Positions 15,252-17,190 of a stretch of DNA of 17,190 nt are shown here, piece by piece. This stretch comes from a virus. The stretch is from the UHGV virus genome UHGV-0169021; one strand, given 5' to 3'. Below the pieces are notes generated by a model. It made no database searches. It saw nothing but the letters and a program-made list of their open reading frames with translations, and was not told where the DNA came from. A program made the translations under genes and the position numbers. Each line of letters begins with the position of its first letter. The first letter of the stretch is position 1.

Positions 15252-15927
15252 CAGATTTATATCCGTTCACATTCTTTCAGCTTTTACCCACCTCATCTTT
15301 AAGTTCTAAGCGCACTGACATGCGCATCATAAACTCGAGAGCACATAGGAATAGAGCCTGAGAAATATCGCTTTTGGCGACTTCTCTCGTGGTGATATTT
15401 CTATGTCAGCAGGCTCTAATATCTATGTGGTTCGCCTATGTTAAAACGTGAAGATGCATTGAGACTTTTTAATTACAATCCAGATACTGGAATTCTTACA
15501 TGGAAGAATCCACCTCGGTCCTCTAGATTTATCTATGGCGCTGTTGTTGGCTATAAAACAAATGGATATCTGCAGGTAAAACTTTATGGAATGCGGCTAT
15601 ATGTCCATAGAATTGCATGGCTGATGGTTTACAATGATTGGCCAACCGATGTTATTGACCATATTAATGGTGATAGGTCTGATAACCGGATAGCCAATCT
15701 TCGTGTTGTTACTAACACTCAAAACTCATGGAACAGCAAGATGAGGAAAAACAATTCATCTGGTGTGAAGGGGGTGACTTTTAATTCTGCTGCAAACAAG
15801 TGGGTTGGAAGAATTAGAGTTAATGGTAAAAGGATTCATGTAGGGTGTTTTGACGATATCGAGGAGGCTAGAAAGGCAATGGAAAATGCCAGGATAAAAT
15901 ATCATGGTGAATTCTCCAGTATGGGAT
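15252..15927 (+). mobile_element. AT-rich inserted cassette carrying an HNH endonuclease gene within the PR'-tR' leader
   Basis: Lambda-like PR' sequence stops after AGAATGG (15245..15251) and resumes at AGATGGGTTAATTCGC (15928 onward); the intervening roughly 680 bp is AT-rich and flanked by the imperfect direct repeat AGAATGG / AGATGGG. Boundaries approximate. Confidence 0.5.
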
Positions 15928-15929
15928 AG
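15438..15929 (+). CDS. HNH homing-type endonuclease with AP2-like DNA-binding domain
   Basis: 163 aa; HNH motif VIDHINGDRSDNRIANLRVVTNTQNSWN; AP2-like SGVKGVTFNSAANKWVGRIRVNGKRIHVGCFDDIEEARKA. Confidence 0.8.
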   Translation: MLKREDALRLFNYNPDTGILTWKNPPRSSRFIYGAVVGYKTNGYLQVKLYGMRLYVHRIAWLMVYNDWPTDVIDHINGDRSDNRIANLRVVTNTQNSWNSKMRKNNSSGVKGVTFNSAANKWVGRIRVNGKRIHVGCFDDIEEARKAMENARIKYHGEFSSMG

Positions 15930-16060
15930 ATGGGTTAATTCGCTCGTTGTGGTAGTGAGATGAAAAGAGGCGGTGCTTACTACCGATTCCGCCTAGTTGG
16001 TCACTTCGACGTATCGTCTGGAACTCCAACCATCGCAGGCTGAGAGGTCTGCAAAATGCA

Positions 16061-16120
16061 ATCCCGAAACAGTTCGCAGGTAATAGTTAGAGCCTGCATA
16101 ACGGTTTCGGGATTTTTTAT
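16061..16120 (+). terminator. Late leader terminator tR' (end of the 6S-RNA-like leader)
   Basis: 10-bp stem ATCCCGAAAC / GTTTCGGGAT enclosing a smaller hairpin, followed by TTTTTTAT; the 15929..16120 segment resembles the lambda 6S RNA region as I recall it. Confidence 0.75.
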
Positions 16121-16516
16121 ATCTGTGTAACAGGTAAGAGCATTCTCCCTTATGGGTCTTGGCTTAAATGCATTGAGTGCTCTTTCCGTTGTGCTGAATT
16201 AAGCGAATACCGGAAGCAGAACCGGATCACCAAATGCGTACAGGCGTCATCGCCGCCCAGCAACAGCACAACCCAAACTGAGCCGTAGCCACTGGCTATC
16301 CTAGATTCATCAGTGATAGTTATGCTGCGGCCTTCTACACATGACCTTCGTGAAAGCGGGTAGCAAGAGGCTGCGCTAACAACCTCCTGCCGTTTTGCCC
16401 GTGCATATCGGTCACGAACAAATCTGATTACTAAACACAGTAGCCTGGATTTGTTCTATCAGTAATCGACCTTATTCCTAATTAAATAGAGCAAATCCCC
16501 TTATTGGGGGTAAGAC

Positions 16517-16840
16517 ATGAAGATGCCAGAAAAACATGACCTGTTAGCCGCCATTCTCGCGGCAAAGGAACAAGGCATCGGGGCAATCCTTGCGTTTGCA
16601 ATGGCGTACCTTCGCGGCAGATATAATGGCGGTGCGTTTACAAAAACAGTAATCGACGCAACGATGTGCGCCATTATCGCCTGGTTCATTCGTGACCTTC
16701 TCGACTTCGCCGGACTAAGTAGCAACCTCGCTTATATAACGAGCGTGTTCATCGGCTACATCGGTACTGACTCGATTGGTTCGCTTATCAAACGCTTCGC
16801 TGCTAAAAAAGCCGGAGTAGAAGATGGTGGAAATCAATAA
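16517..16840 (+). CDS. S: Holin S (lambda class I holin, dual-start motif)
   Basis: 107 aa, [39 protein letters not shown]...; Met1-Lys2-Met3 dual start as in lambda S107/S105. Confidence 0.9.
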   Translation: MKMPEKHDLLAAILAAKEQGIGAILAFAMAYLRGRYNGGAFTKTVIDATMCAIIAWFIRDLLDFAGLSSNLAYITSVFIGYIGTDSIGSLIKRFAAKKAGVEDGGNQ

Positions 16841-17190
16841 TCAACGTAAGGCGTTCCTCGATATGCTGGCGTGGTCAGAGGGAACAGATAACGGACGACA
16901 GAAAACCAGAAATCATGGTTATGACGTCATTGTTGGTGGAGAGCTATTCACTGATTACTCCGATCACCCTCGCAAACTTGTCACGCTAAACCCAAAACTC
17001 AAATCAACAGCAGCCGGACGTTACCAGCTTCTTTCCCGTTGGTGGGATGCCTACCGTAAGCAGCTTGGCCTGAAAGACTTCTCTCCGAAAAGCCAGGACG
17101 CTGTGGCATTGCAGCAGATTAAAGAGCGTGGCGCCTTACCGATGATTGATCGCGGTGATATCCGTCAGGCAATCGACCGTTGCAGCAATA
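16824..17190 (+). CDS. R: Endolysin R (lytic transglycosylase), truncated at the window end
   Basis: Not in the ORF track (open at the 3' end). ATG at 16824 inside the end of S; product [51 protein letters not shown]... matches lambda R as I recall it. Confidence 0.85.
   Translation, partial: MVEINNQRKAFLDMLAWSEGTDNGRQKTRNHGYDVIVGGELFTDYSDHPRKLVTLNPKLKSTAAGRYQLLSRWWDAYRKQLGLKDFSPKSQDAVALQQIKERGALPMIDRGDIRQAIDRCSN

Noticed and set aside
15930-16516. Possible tRNA or toxin genes between tR' and the holin, as in Stx-type phages
   Set aside because: No cloverleaf-like structure or ORF seen; the segment reads as the lambda-type noncoding leader upstream of S.
16501-16725. 74-aa minus-strand ORF
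   Set aside because: Antisense to holin S.

Overview
The whole window is a mosaic lambdoid prophage, running from the excisionase end of the early-left operon to the start of the lysis cassette; no host genes are evident. All homology statements rest on reading the six-frame translations and recalling reference phage proteins; no database search was run. On the minus strand (leftward operon from PL): phi21-type N with nutL, an HK022-Nun-like protein, two acidic unknown proteins each bracketed by intrinsic terminators, cIII, a Kil-position peptide, Erf, an Ea10-like SSB, two Ea22-like proteins, a DUF551 protein, a zinc-ribbon peptide and an AlpA/Xis-like excisionase. In the centre lies a P22-type immunity region (c2 repressor, OL and OR operators, cro, nutR, c1/cII). 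On the plus strand: an O-like initiator with origin iterons inside its gene, a fused primase-helicase, a tR2-like terminator, nin-region genes (ninB, ninD, ninF, rusA, ninH and others), Q, PR', tR', holin S and a truncated endolysin R. The most notable observations are (1) a Nun-like termination/exclusion factor translationally coupled to a phi21-type N whose own nut sites carry a different boxB, (2) an AT-rich HNH-AP2 endonuclease cassette apparently inserted inside the PR'-to-tR' late leader, and (3) an AT-rich Rha-N/DUF559-endonuclease fusion next to a Rha/KilA-C paralogue. ORF-track starts that translate TTG/GTG as M were re-examined and several starts were moved to internal ATGs.
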